DNA of 64,000 nt from Oxalobacteraceae bacterium UBA4003 (GTDB taxonomy: Bacteria > Pseudomonadota > Gammaproteobacteria > Burkholderiales > Burkholderiaceae_D), in contig DGBN01000046.1 of the NCBI GenBank assembly GCA_002384815.1, positions 25,489 through 89,488 of the forward strand. Direction: 5' to 3'. The translations under genes were made by a program, and so were the position numbers. The notes below the pieces were generated by a model. That model saw nothing but the letters and a program-made list of their open reading frames with translations. It was not told the origin of the DNA and ran no database searches. Numbering within the stretch: the first letter of the stretch is position 1; each line of letters begins with the position of its first letter. Below, in pieces: positions 1 through 9,159 of this stretch.

Positions 1-1
1 C

Positions 2-874
2 TTCGACACAACGATTCAGGATCGCTCCATACAAATCGGAAGAGACTGTTTTGTAATAAGTCACCGGCTCGCGTTCGCTTGGTTTTTCCAGCTCCATGTA
101 GGCGGTACGATCCAGCGTGCCACCTTCAGCCTTGACTTTCTTGATCCAGTTATCGAAATCCGCCACGTCCATGCCGTGGTACTTGAAACGCATGTGCGAG
201 AAGCCGGCGCCACTGTAGTTGGCCGAAAAACCTTCCGATTCAACCGGCTTGTTGATCACCGCATTCAATTGCGTCTCCATGCCAGGCATCGAGTAGATCT
301 GGCCGGCCAGCTCGGGAATATAGAATGAATTCATGACCGTCGACGCGGTGAGCTTGAAGCGCACCGGCACATCGATAGGCGTAGCCAGTTCATTCACGGT
401 GGCGATGCCTTGTTCCGGATAGATGAACAACCACTTCCAGTCGAGCGCGACGACTTCAATCGTCAGCGGTTCGGCAGCAGCGGAAATCGGGCGGTTCGCA
501 TCGAGACGCTCCAGCGGACGGTACGGATCCAGCTGATGTGTACTGACCCATGTGATCAAGCCGAGCACAATAACAATCAACAGCGGGCCACCCCAGATAA
601 TCAATTCCAGCTTGGTGGAATGGTCCCAATCGGGATCATATTCTGCGGAGGTATTGTTTTTCCGGTAGCGCCATGCAAAGATAAGCGTAAGTATGATCAC
701 CGGCACGATGACAAGCAGCATCAGCAGCGTGGAAACGACAATTAAACGCCCCTGCTGTGCAGCGATGTCACCGGAAGGGTTGAGCAATACCAGATCGCAT
801 CCGCCAAGCAGAAATAGCGGCAACAAAAACAAACCGCGAAGGAGTAACCCGCGACGAGGAATCAAGGAATTCAT
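2..874 (-). CDS. cyoA: Cytochrome bo3 ubiquinol oxidase subunit II (3' end runs off the window)
   Basis: Manual translation from ATG at 874: MNSLIPRRG...LLGGCDLVLLNPSGDIAAQQGRLIVV...DWDHSTKLELIIWGGP...EVVALDWKWLFIYPEQGIATVNE...YSGAGFSHMRF. Lipobox and CyoA motifs are present. Absent from the ORF track because it has no stop in the window. Confidence 0.95.
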   Translation of the reverse strand, partial: MNSLIPRRGLLLRGLFLLPLFLLGGCDLVLLNPSGDIAAQQGRLIVVSTLLMLLVIVPVIILTLIFAWRYRKNNTSAEYDPDWDHSTKLELIIWGGPLLIVIVLGLITWVSTHQLDPYRPLERLDANRPISAAAEPLTIEVVALDWKWLFIYPEQGIATVNELATPIDVPVRFKLTASTVMNSFYIPELAGQIYSMPGMETQLNAVINKPVESEGFSANYSGAGFSHMRFKYHGMDVADFDNWIKKVKAEGGTLDRTAYMELEKPSEREPVTYYKTVSSDLYGAILNRCVE

Positions 875-931
875 GCGAGGAATATGGAAGATGAACATTT
901 ACCTAGTTTACTGGTAATGTGCACATATGCA

Positions 932-952
932 GATAGGACGTTTTGTCCTATC
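932..952. promoter_or_regulatory. Inverted repeat GATAGGAC-N5-GTCCTATC in the divergent cyoA/MFS intergenic region; candidate transcription-factor site
   Basis: Perfect 8-bp arms with a 5-nt spacer seen directly; function inferred from position. Confidence 0.5.
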
Positions 953-1022
953 ACAAGAAATGCCCGCAAGGACGCACCGCTTTAAACAATAGAATATCTA
1001 ACCGATAGGAGTGCCGATAATC

Positions 1023-2372
1023 ATGTCTATCTCAACACATTATGACCAAACGGCGCCTGCAGAAGAATCGCCGCACTCAATCGGCAACGGCCCGCGCAAT
1101 ATCAACACCCGCGACGGGCATATCGATCCGGGTGAAATCGCGATCGGCGTAGTCATCGGCCGCGCCTCTGAATACTTCGATTTTTTTGTCTATGCCATCG
1201 CTTCGGTACTGGTCTTTCCCACCGTATTCTTCCCTTTTGCGTCCGTACTGGAAGGTACGCTGTACGCCTTCACCATTTTCTCCTTCGCCTTCATCGCCAG
1301 GCCGCTGGGCACCGTGCTCTTCATGGAAATCCAACGCCGCTTCAGCCGTGAAGCGAAGCTGACGCTGGCGTTGTTCCTGCTCGGCGGCTCGACTGCCGGC
1401 ATTGCCTTCCTGCCATCCCATGCGCAACTCGGCAGCACCGCCATCATTCTGCTGGCCTTGCTGCGCTGCGGTCAGGGCGTGGCAATCGGCGGATCATGGG
1501 ACGGCCTGCCGTCATTGCTGGCGCTGAATGCGCCGCAAAACAAGCGCGGCTGGTATGCGATGCTGGGCCAACTGGGAGCGCCGATAGGCTTCATCCTCGC
1601 TGCCGGCCTGTTTTCCTACATGCTGTATACGCTGGCACCCAAGGATTTCTTCGAGTGGGGCTGGCGTTACCCATTCTTCGTTGCCTTCGCAATCAACGTG
1701 GTGGCCCTGTTCGCCCGCCTGCGTCTGGTATCGACACCGGAATATTCACGCCTGCTGGATGAGCGTGAACTGGAACCTGTCAACGTGGTCGAAGTAACAC
1801 GCTCTCAAGGCCGCAACCTGATCATAGGCGCACTCGCGGCACTCGCCAGCTACGCCCTGTTCCATCTGGTGACGGTATTCCCGCTGTCGTGGATCGTGCT
1901 GTATTCGGACCGTTCGGTCAGCCAGTTCCTCGAAGTCCAGATGATAGGCGCCGCTCTCGCGATTTGCAGTGTGATCGCCTCTGGTCTGATCGCTGATCGC
2001 GTCGGCCGCCGCACCACGCTGGCTGCACTTGCCGTACTGATCGGGATTTTCAGCGCCTTCGTACCGATGCTGATGAATGGCGGCATCTTTGGCGAAAACC
2101 TCTTCATCATCGTCGGTTTCATTCTGCTCGGCTTGTCTTACGGCCAGGCCGCCGGCGCAGTGAGTGCGAATTTCCCGGCCAGGTATCGCTATACCGGCGC
2201 AGCACTGACATCCGATCTGGCGTGGCTGGTCGGTGCCGGCTTCGCACCGCTGGTCGCGTTGGGCCTGTCCGCACATTTCGGCATGGCTTATGTCAGTCTG
2301 TACCTGCTGTCCGGCGCCGTCGGTTCGCTGGCAGCACTCAGCCTTAATCGGGCGCTGGAAATTCGCGACTGA
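1023..2372 (+). CDS. MFS transporter, metabolite:H+ symporter (MHS) family
   Basis: Motifs GRASEYFDFFVY, ARPLG, and LADRVGRR-type loop (IADRVGRR); about 12 hydrophobic segments. Start could be GTG 1011 or ATG 1023. Confidence 0.9.
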   Translation: MSISTHYDQTAPAEESPHSIGNGPRNINTRDGHIDPGEIAIGVVIGRASEYFDFFVYAIASVLVFPTVFFPFASVLEGTLYAFTIFSFAFIARPLGTVLFMEIQRRFSREAKLTLALFLLGGSTAGIAFLPSHAQLGSTAIILLALLRCGQGVAIGGSWDGLPSLLALNAPQNKRGWYAMLGQLGAPIGFILAAGLFSYMLYTLAPKDFFEWGWRYPFFVAFAINVVALFARLRLVSTPEYSRLLDERELEPVNVVEVTRSQGRNLIIGALAALASYALFHLVTVFPLSWIVLYSDRSVSQFLEVQMIGAALAICSVIASGLIADRVGRRTTLAALAVLIGIFSAFVPMLMNGGIFGENLFIIVGFILLGLSYGQAAGAVSANFPARYRYTGAALTSDLAWLVGAGFAPLVALGLSAHFGMAYVSLYLLSGAVGSLAALSLNRALEIRD

Positions 2373-2394
2373 CACCCTGCCAAACTGCAGCAAT

Positions 2395-2426
2395 AAAAAA
2401 GAGACGCACATGTGCGTCTCTTTTTT
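2395..2426. terminator. Bidirectional intrinsic terminator between the convergent MFS gene and recQ
   Basis: Perfect 32-bp palindrome AAAAAAGAGACGCACATGTGCGTCTCTTTTTT. Confidence 0.85.
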
Positions 2427-2471
2427 CATAAGGCGAGATGTTTCCTGATTCAAAAAATACGCGCTGCCTAG

Positions 2472-4298
2472 CTACATCGCCGCAATCAAGGTCACGATAT
2501 CCGCGCCGTAACTTTCCAGTTTCTTTTCACCAACACCACTGACACCGCGCAGATCGGCCAGCGAAGCCGGCTGTGTCTTGGCAATTTCGCGCATGGTCGC
2601 ATCGTTGAAGATGACATAGGCCGGCACATTGTGCGTGCGTGCCGTCTCCATGCGCCACCAGCGCAACTTCTCGAAAATCGCCTGCTCTCCTGCCGACAGA
2701 TCGGTTTCGATAAAACCCTTCGGCTTGCTGGTTGAGCGCCGTGATTTGACGGGTTTCTGATATTCGCGTAACTGCACCTTCTCGCTACCCTTCAACACCG
2801 GACGCGCAGCATCGGTCAGTTTCAAGGCGCTGTATGCTTCATGATCAACTGCAACCAGACCAAGCGCAATCGACTGGCGCAAAATCGCCCGCCATTCCGC
2901 TTCACTGCGATCTGAGCCTATACCGAAGGTAGACACTTGATCATGCTGCCATTGCTTCACCTTGTCCGTATCCACCCCGCGCAACACGTCCAGCACATGC
3001 ATCGCACCGAAGCGTTGATCAACGCGGTATATCGTCGACAATAACTTTTGTACGGCAATCGTGGCATCGAAGGAACGCGGCGGATGCAAGCAGGTATCAC
3101 AATTGCCACACGGCGACGACGACTGACCAAAGTAAGTCAGCAGACGCTGACGTCGGCAATGCAGGGTTTCGCACAAACCCAGCATCGCATCGAGTTTGAC
3201 TCCCTGCACACGCTTGAAGGTTTCGTCCGCTTCCGATTCGTCTATCATGCGGCGCTGCTGCACCACGTCCTGCAAACCGTAAGCCATCCATGCATTTGCC
3301 GCACCACCATCACGACCGGCACGGCCGGTTTCCTGGTAATAACCCTCTATGCTTTTCGGCAAATCCAGATGCGCGACAAAGCGCACGTCCGGCTTGTCTA
3401 TGCCCATGCCGAAGGCGATGGTGGCAACCATCACGATGCTTTCTTCGCGCAGGAAGCGCGCCTGATTCCTGCTGCGCGCAGCGAAGTCCATGCCGGCGTG
3501 ATACGGCAAGGCCGTGATGCCGTTTTCGCTCAGGAATTCTGCCGTTTCTTCGACCTTCTTGCGTGACAGGCAATACACGATGCCGGCATCGGCAGCATGC
3601 TCGCTTTCGATGAAATCCAGCACCTGCTTGCGGCCGTTGGCCTTCTCTACAATTTGATAGCGTATGTTGGGCCGGTCGAAAGAAGACACGAACATGCGTG
3701 CATCGTCGAGCTGCAATCTGTGGGCAATTTCTTCACGCGTCTGATGATCGGCGGTCGCCGTCAGCGCAATGCGCGGGACGTTCGGAAAACGCTCGTGCAA
3801 AATCGACAGCCTGATATATTCAGGACGGAAATCATGTCCCCATTGCGAGACGCAATGCGCTTCGTCAATCGCAAACAGCGCGATCTTGGCCGCTTCCAGC
3901 ATGTCGAGACAGCGCGGTGTCATCAAGCGTTCCGGCGCGACATACACCAGATCAAGATCGCCGGCACGCAAACGGCGTTCGATACGCGACGATTCTTCAA
4001 AGGTCTGGGTGGAATTCAGGAATGCAGCACGTACGCCGACCTCAGCCAGCGCATCGACCTGATCCTGCATCAGGGCAATCAGTGGCGAAATCACGACGCC
4101 GACACCATCGCGCAACAAGGAGGGAATCTGATAGCACAGCGACTTGCCACCGCCGGTAGGCATCAGCACCAGCGCATCGCCACCGCGTGTAACGAGATCG
4201 ACGATCTCGGCCTGTTCCCCGCGAAACGACGAATAGCCGAAAACCGATTCCAGTACGTGCAGCGCCTGCGCGCCCAGATCATCCTGCCTGTTGTTCAT
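2472..4298 (-). CDS. recQ: ATP-dependent DNA helicase RecQ
   Basis: Walker A MPTGGGKS, DEAH box, QETGRAGRDG, zinc motif CGNCDTC, C-terminal HRDC domain. Confidence 0.97.
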   Translation of the reverse strand: MNNRQDDLGAQALHVLESVFGYSSFRGEQAEIVDLVTRGGDALVLMPTGGGKSLCYQIPSLLRDGVGVVISPLIALMQDQVDALAEVGVRAAFLNSTQTFEESSRIERRLRAGDLDLVYVAPERLMTPRCLDMLEAAKIALFAIDEAHCVSQWGHDFRPEYIRLSILHERFPNVPRIALTATADHQTREEIAHRLQLDDARMFVSSFDRPNIRYQIVEKANGRKQVLDFIESEHAADAGIVYCLSRKKVEETAEFLSENGITALPYHAGMDFAARSRNQARFLREESIVMVATIAFGMGIDKPDVRFVAHLDLPKSIEGYYQETGRAGRDGGAANAWMAYGLQDVVQQRRMIDESEADETFKRVQGVKLDAMLGLCETLHCRRQRLLTYFGQSSSPCGNCDTCLHPPRSFDATIAVQKLLSTIYRVDQRFGAMHVLDVLRGVDTDKVKQWQHDQVSTFGIGSDRSEAEWRAILRQSIALGLVAVDHEAYSALKLTDAARPVLKGSEKVQLREYQKPVKSRRSTSKPKGFIETDLSAGEQAIFEKLRWWRMETARTHNVPAYVIFNDATMREIAKTQPASLADLRGVSGVGEKKLESYGADIVTLIAAM

Positions 4299-4307
4299 CG
4301 CCGCCGC

Positions 4308-5138
4308 TTATTCTGCCCACACAACCCAGCCGTAATGCGCACTGAGCAGGACAAACAGACCAAATGCAATACGGTAATAGGCAAAGATCGTGAAGTCGTG
4401 CGTGCTGATATAACGCAGCAGCCAGCGTACGCAGACAAATCCGGAAACGAATGCCGCCAGGCCTCCCACTGCAAACAGCGGCACATCGCTCATCGACAGC
4501 AGCTCGCGCCCCTTGTAAAGCGAATACACGGTAGCACCAGTCAGCATCGGGATCGCCAGGAAGAAGGAGAACTCCGTCGAAGCCTTGCGCGACAGGCCCA
4601 GATACATGCCGCCAATGATGCTTGCACCGGAGCGGCTGGTGCCGGGAATCAGCGCAAGCGCCTGTATCCAGCCTATTTTGAAGGCATCCATTGCCGTGAT
4701 GTCGTGTATCGATTTCACCCGCACGGTCGTATTCGTCCGATTGCGACGCTCGACCCAGATGATCATAAATCCACCGACGATGAAGGCGATGGCAACCGTG
4801 ACCGGGGAGAACAGTTTTTCCGTGATGTAGCCGGCAAACAGCAGGCCCAGTATTGCGGCCGGCAGGAAGGCGACCAGTACATTGAAAAAGAATTTCTGCG
4901 ACCTGCGTTCGGTGAGCAATCCGCGCGACATCTGCTGTATCGTACCGCGGTATTCCCAGCACACCGCCAGCAGCGCGCCGGTCTGGATCGCGATTTCGAA
5001 CATGGTGACGGTCGGTCCCTTAAAGTCCAGCAGACTGCCTGCCACGATCAGGTGACCGGTCGAGGAAATCGGCAAAAATTCTGTCAAGCCTTCGACGATG
5101 CCCATGATGATGGCCTTGAGCGCGAGAACTGGATCCAT
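4308..5138 (-). CDS. uppP: Undecaprenyl-diphosphate phosphatase
   Basis: [15 protein letters not shown] and PGTSRSG signature motifs. Confidence 0.97.
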   Translation of the reverse strand: MDPVLALKAIIMGIVEGLTEFLPISSTGHLIVAGSLLDFKGPTVTMFEIAIQTGALLAVCWEYRGTIQQMSRGLLTERRSQKFFFNVLVAFLPAAILGLLFAGYITEKLFSPVTVAIAFIVGGFMIIWVERRNRTNTTVRVKSIHDITAMDAFKIGWIQALALIPGTSRSGASIIGGMYLGLSRKASTEFSFFLAIPMLTGATVYSLYKGRELLSMSDVPLFAVGGLAAFVSGFVCVRWLLRYISTHDFTIFAYYRIAFGLFVLLSAHYGWVVWAE

Positions 5139-5390
5139 GGAATATATAAGCTAAAAAGGGTAATAAAAAACCCGCCGGTAGTGACGCCGTACGGGTTACA
5201 ACGTAATCAATATTTCTATCGCGCCTTGTGTATCAGCCTGGCGATGAAGGCTCGCGGCGATTAGCTCAGCCAGCGTTTTGTGTCGGCTCAAAGATTACCA
5301 CGACCACGCACGCTGCTGTTTCGATTTTAATCAAGGCAGTCGCTATTTCCGCAGTGAAATTTGATCGCCAGCGTGCAGCATCTTTACGAC

Positions 5391-5654
5391 TTAGGCGGCC
5401 GTCAATCGTTCCAGCCTCGTTAAATAAAGCAGCGCATCATTGCGCGTAGAGCCGCACATTTCCAGTTACGGTCGCAAGCTGCTGCACACTGCCGGACGTT
5501 CCGGCTTCCCGAATATACGGCAACGATAATCATCCGCCAATTGCACGCAGCGAACACCCGCCGGTTTTCCGCTCGGCATACCGGGAATCGCCGACGAAAT
5601 CGACGGCGCGGTGCAACAGGCGCCGCAATCGGGGCGGCAATTCAAGTTAGTCAT
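5391..5654 (-). pseudogene. YkgJ-family cysteine-cluster protein interrupted by an in-frame TAA
   Basis: CRPDCGACC...C...C...C motifs. After the TAA at 5466-5468 the same frame continues LEMCGSTRNDALLYLTRLERLTAA*, which resembles the usual C-terminus of the family. Confidence 0.75.
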
Positions 5655-5945
5655 TCGGCAATTCGTTCAGAAAATCAATCAAGTCGGTGACGCAAGCATG
5701 GTGAAGACGCGATTTTACAGTGGTCACGTGGCATGAGGCTTGACGCTGCGCGGACGGGCGCTTACAGTACGGGAACCTTGGCAAGTTGATTTCCTTGCCG
5801 GCCGCAACACACCGCCTTGTCGTAACAGCACCCTCCCCTGGAACGCTTAGCCGACCCGATACCTTGAGACCGGCTGTTGCGTCGCGCAAGCGCAATCATT
5901 TGATAAAATGCCCGTTTTCTTATTTAGTTACCTAGAGTCGACAAA

Positions 5946-6602
5946 ATGAACATTGAAAAAGCCCGTTTCCTGATGATAGAACAGCAAATTCGCCCTTGGG
6001 ATGTGCTCGATCAGGACGTCCTTGAATTGCTGGTAGTCGTCAAGCGCGAGGCATTCGTGCCACTGGCGTATCGTGCGCTGGCATTTGCCGATAGCGAAAT
6101 CCCGCTGCCGCACGGCGAACAGATGATGACACCCAAGCTGGAAGCACGCATCCTGCAGGAACTGGCCGTTCAGAAACATGAAAACGTGCTGGAAATCGGC
6201 GCCGGCTCCGGCTATCTTGCTGCGCTGCTGGCCTACAAGGCGCGTCACGTCACCACACTGGAAATCGAGCCGGAACTGCAAGCGCTGGCGCAACAGAACC
6301 TGGCTGATTACGGCATCAGCAATGTCGATGTAATCGAAGCTGACGGCGCACAAGGTTATACAGCCGCCAACACGACTTACGATGTGATCGTGGTCTCGGG
6401 TTCGATGCCAACGGTGCCGGAAACCTTGCTGGCACAGATCAAGGTCGGCGGCCGCATGTTCGTGGTGGTTGGCGATGCGCCGGTCATGACTGCGCAAATC
6501 ATCACACGCGTATCGGACATCAGCTACAGCACCGTCAACCTGTTTGAAACCGTGCTCAAGCCGCTGCGCAATGTCGTCATTCCATCGCACTTCAAGTTCT
6601 AG
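5946..6602 (+). CDS. pcm: Protein-L-isoaspartate O-methyltransferase
   Basis: ARFLMIEQQIRPWDV N-terminus and SAM motif VLEIGAGSGY. Confidence 0.93.
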   Translation: MNIEKARFLMIEQQIRPWDVLDQDVLELLVVVKREAFVPLAYRALAFADSEIPLPHGEQMMTPKLEARILQELAVQKHENVLEIGAGSGYLAALLAYKARHVTTLEIEPELQALAQQNLADYGISNVDVIEADGAQGYTAANTTYDVIVVSGSMPTVPETLLAQIKVGGRMFVVVGDAPVMTAQIITRVSDISYSTVNLFETVLKPLRNVVIPSHFKF

Positions 6603-6610
6603 GAAGCACG

Positions 6611-6934
6611 ATGCAGCACATCACCGCACCGGAACTGGCAGCCTTGCTTGCTGATAGTTCCGGCAACGCACACATCCTGCTGGATGTGCGCGAACCGTGG
6701 GAATATCAGACCTGCCAGATCAACGGTTCGGTGTCGATGCCCATGAATACAATTCCTGCACAACTGGAACAGCTGGACAGGAATGCGGCCATCATTTGCA
6801 TCTGCCATCATGGTGCGCGCAGCATGCGTGTTGCCAGCTTTTTGGAGAGTAATGGTTTTGGCAGAGTGACGAATCTGACCGGCGGCATCCACGCCTGGGC
6901 ACAGCAAGTCGATCCCGCAATGCCAACCTATTAA
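6611..6934 (+). CDS. Rhodanese-like sulfurtransferase
   Basis: LLDVREPWE, active-site CHHGARS, NLTGGIHAW. Confidence 0.92.
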   Translation: MQHITAPELAALLADSSGNAHILLDVREPWEYQTCQINGSVSMPMNTIPAQLEQLDRNAAIICICHHGARSMRVASFLESNGFGRVTNLTGGIHAWAQQVDPAMPTY

Positions 6935-6982
6935 AGATATCGCCCTTTTATCCAGACGATCGACCACATCACCGGAAATGCA

Positions 6983-8287
6983 ATGCGCAATGCCACGTTC
7001 GCCACGCTGATCGCCGGTGCAGTTCTCTCTCTGCAAGTCCATGCAGCCGATCTGTTGCAGGTTTATCAGGATGCGCTGGTCAGCGACTCCGTCTATGCCA
7101 GTGCGCGTGCCAATCTGAGCGCCGGCCGGGAAGTCTCGGTGCAAGGGCGTGCCAGCCTGCTGCCTTTGATAGGTTTGAGCGGATCATATCAACGTGTCAG
7201 CCGTGATGACACCGCCAACACCAGATCACACGGCTATACGCTGTCGTTGTCACAACCTTTGCTGGACGTCGCCGCCTGGCAAACGTATGAACAAAGCAAA
7301 TTATCGGTCGCTGCAAGCGAAGCCGCATTCGCCATCGTGCAACAGGATTTGATCCTGCGCGTGGCGCAGGCGTATTTCGATGTGCTGACGGCACAAGATG
7401 CGCTGGCATCCCTGCAGGCACAGAAAACCGCTATCAGCGAACAGCTGGCTTCGGCCAAACGCAATTTTGAAGTCGGTACCGCAACCATCACCGACACGCA
7501 TGAAGCGCAGGCTCGCTATGATCTCGCCATTGCGCAGGAATTTGCAGCGCAAAGTGATCTGGATATCAAGCATGCGGCCTTGCAGCAGATCATCGGCAAG
7601 CCAGCCACAGAACTGGCGTCCTTGCGCACTGATGCGGCGCTGCAAACACCGCAACCGGCGCAGATGGAACCATGGGTAAGTAACGCAGAGCAGCAGAATT
7701 TTGATGTCGCCAGCAAACAGCTGGCACTGGAAATCGCCAGACGCGACATCACGCGCAATCGCGCCGGACATTATCCTACCGTCGATCTGGTCGCCAGCCG
7801 CAGCGACTCGAATCAGCGCAACACCAGCGTACCGGGTTTGAGCAACGACACCGGCCCAACCAATTCAGTTGGCGTGCAATGGTCGATTCCCTTGTTCAGC
7901 GGTTTTGCCGTGACCAGCAAAGTACGGCAAGCTATCGCACTGGAAGACAAGGCTCGCTCCGATCTGGAAACAGCGCGTCGTGCGGCAGCACAAAATGCAA
8001 GGCAAGCCTATCTCGGCGTCAACAGCGGCTTGGCGCAAGTCAAGGCACTGGAAGCGGCTGAAGTATCCAGTCTGTCAGCGCTGGAAGCAAATCGCCTGGG
8101 ATACGAAGTCGGCGTACGCATCAACATCGATGTGCTCAATGCGCAGCAGCAGTTATATGTAACGCAACGCGATCTGGCGAAAGCGCGTTACGACACGCTG
8201 ATGAACAGCCTGCGTCTGAAATCGGCGGCCGGCACCCTGCAGGAGCAGGATCTGGTGCAAATCAATACCTTGCTGGCGCCGCGCTAG
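6983..8287 (+). CDS. tolC: TolC-family outer-membrane channel
   Basis: Signal peptide, ADLLQVYQDAL, RVAQAYFDVL, VGVRINIDVLNAQ; sits in the usual pcm-rhodanese-tolC order. Confidence 0.93.
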   Translation: MRNATFATLIAGAVLSLQVHAADLLQVYQDALVSDSVYASARANLSAGREVSVQGRASLLPLIGLSGSYQRVSRDDTANTRSHGYTLSLSQPLLDVAAWQTYEQSKLSVAASEAAFAIVQQDLILRVAQAYFDVLTAQDALASLQAQKTAISEQLASAKRNFEVGTATITDTHEAQARYDLAIAQEFAAQSDLDIKHAALQQIIGKPATELASLRTDAALQTPQPAQMEPWVSNAEQQNFDVASKQLALEIARRDITRNRAGHYPTVDLVASRSDSNQRNTSVPGLSNDTGPTNSVGVQWSIPLFSGFAVTSKVRQAIALEDKARSDLETARRAAAQNARQAYLGVNSGLAQVKALEAAEVSSLSALEANRLGYEVGVRINIDVLNAQQQLYVTQRDLAKARYDTLMNSLRLKSAAGTLQEQDLVQINTLLAPR

Positions 8288-8922
8288 GTTTTCAAACGCA
8301 GGGATGTGGAGCAACTAAGACTTTCCAGGCAAGCGTCAATCGTGGCTGGCGCAACTTCCGCCAAGGCAAAACTGCCGGGTGAAAACAGCCAGTTCATTAA
8401 AAGACCAATCACATGGCTGTGCAGGCTGATCGCTGCCAGTCGTGTATCCAGATTTTTCGGCAACTGATCGAGCGCGATCGCCTCCTTCAGGAGGCGCTCC
8501 ATATTGGCCAAACCCTTTTCATAACAATGCTGCTGGCGCACCCAGATCGGATCGTCCTTATCGACAAGTTCCGATCTCAGGAAAATAATGTCCAGCACTT
8601 TGCGTGAACGCGCATCGCTGACGACGTTTTTCATGAACGCCACCCAGGTATTGCGCAAATGTCCCAACGGATCGTGTGCATATCGCTCAAGCGGTGTGGC
8701 CGCCAACGACTCCAGTGGCAAACGCACGCGTTCGCACATCGCATCAAACAAATCGCCCTTGTTCTTGAAGTGCCAGTAAATTGCCCCGCGCGTCACATCC
8801 GCCGCCAGTGCGACATCGCTCAATGTGGATTGAGCCAGACCGCGCGCGTGAAACACATCCTCCGCCGCATCAATGATGCGGTTGCGGGTTTCCAGTGCTT
8901 CTTCTTTCGTACTTCGCGCCAT
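8284..8922 (-). CDS. acrR: TetR/AcrR-family repressor of the RND pump
   Basis: MARSTKEEALETRNRII...TRGAIYWHFKNK; divergent from acrA. Its stop overlaps the tolC stop (CTAG). Confidence 0.9.
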   Translation of the reverse strand: MARSTKEEALETRNRIIDAAEDVFHARGLAQSTLSDVALAADVTRGAIYWHFKNKGDLFDAMCERVRLPLESLAATPLERYAHDPLGHLRNTWVAFMKNVVSDARSRKVLDIIFLRSELVDKDDPIWVRQQHCYEKGLANMERLLKEAIALDQLPKNLDTRLAAISLHSHVIGLLMNWLFSPGSFALAEVAPATIDACLESLSCSTSLRLKT

Positions 8923-8994
8923 AAAATTCCTGAGTCTCTGATATTTTCTTTTTTATATATAGTTGGATACTGCAAAATAATTGCTTTTCCCACA

Positions 8995-9018
8995 TACATA
9001 CATACAAGCATGTATGTA
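8995..9018. promoter_or_regulatory. AcrR-type operator TACATACA-N8-TGTATGTA overlapping a TATAAT -10 box (9017-9022)
   Basis: Palindrome seen directly. It has the same arms and 24-bp length as the characterised E. coli AcrR site (TACATACATTTGTGAATGTATGTA). Confidence 0.85.
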
Positions 9019-9159
9019 TAATAACTCACTTACTGCAAAGCAGCAAAAACCGTTTCAGTGGATCAGCACTGAAAACTGATGTTTTTTTGTATTTGCGCCG
9101 TATCGATTTTCGCTCTGCCGATGCCTGGCAGCACACACCACCAACCGTGCGAGATGTTT

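Noticed and set aside
3597-5264. 555-aa plus-strand ORF
   Set aside because: Antisense shadow of recQ and uppP with no recognisable motifs; long shadow ORFs are expected with GC-rich third positions.
5647-5895. 82-aa minus-strand ORF upstream of the YkgJ gene
   Set aside because: No RBS or recognisable domain; at most its last residues could be a remnant, so it is not called as a CDS.
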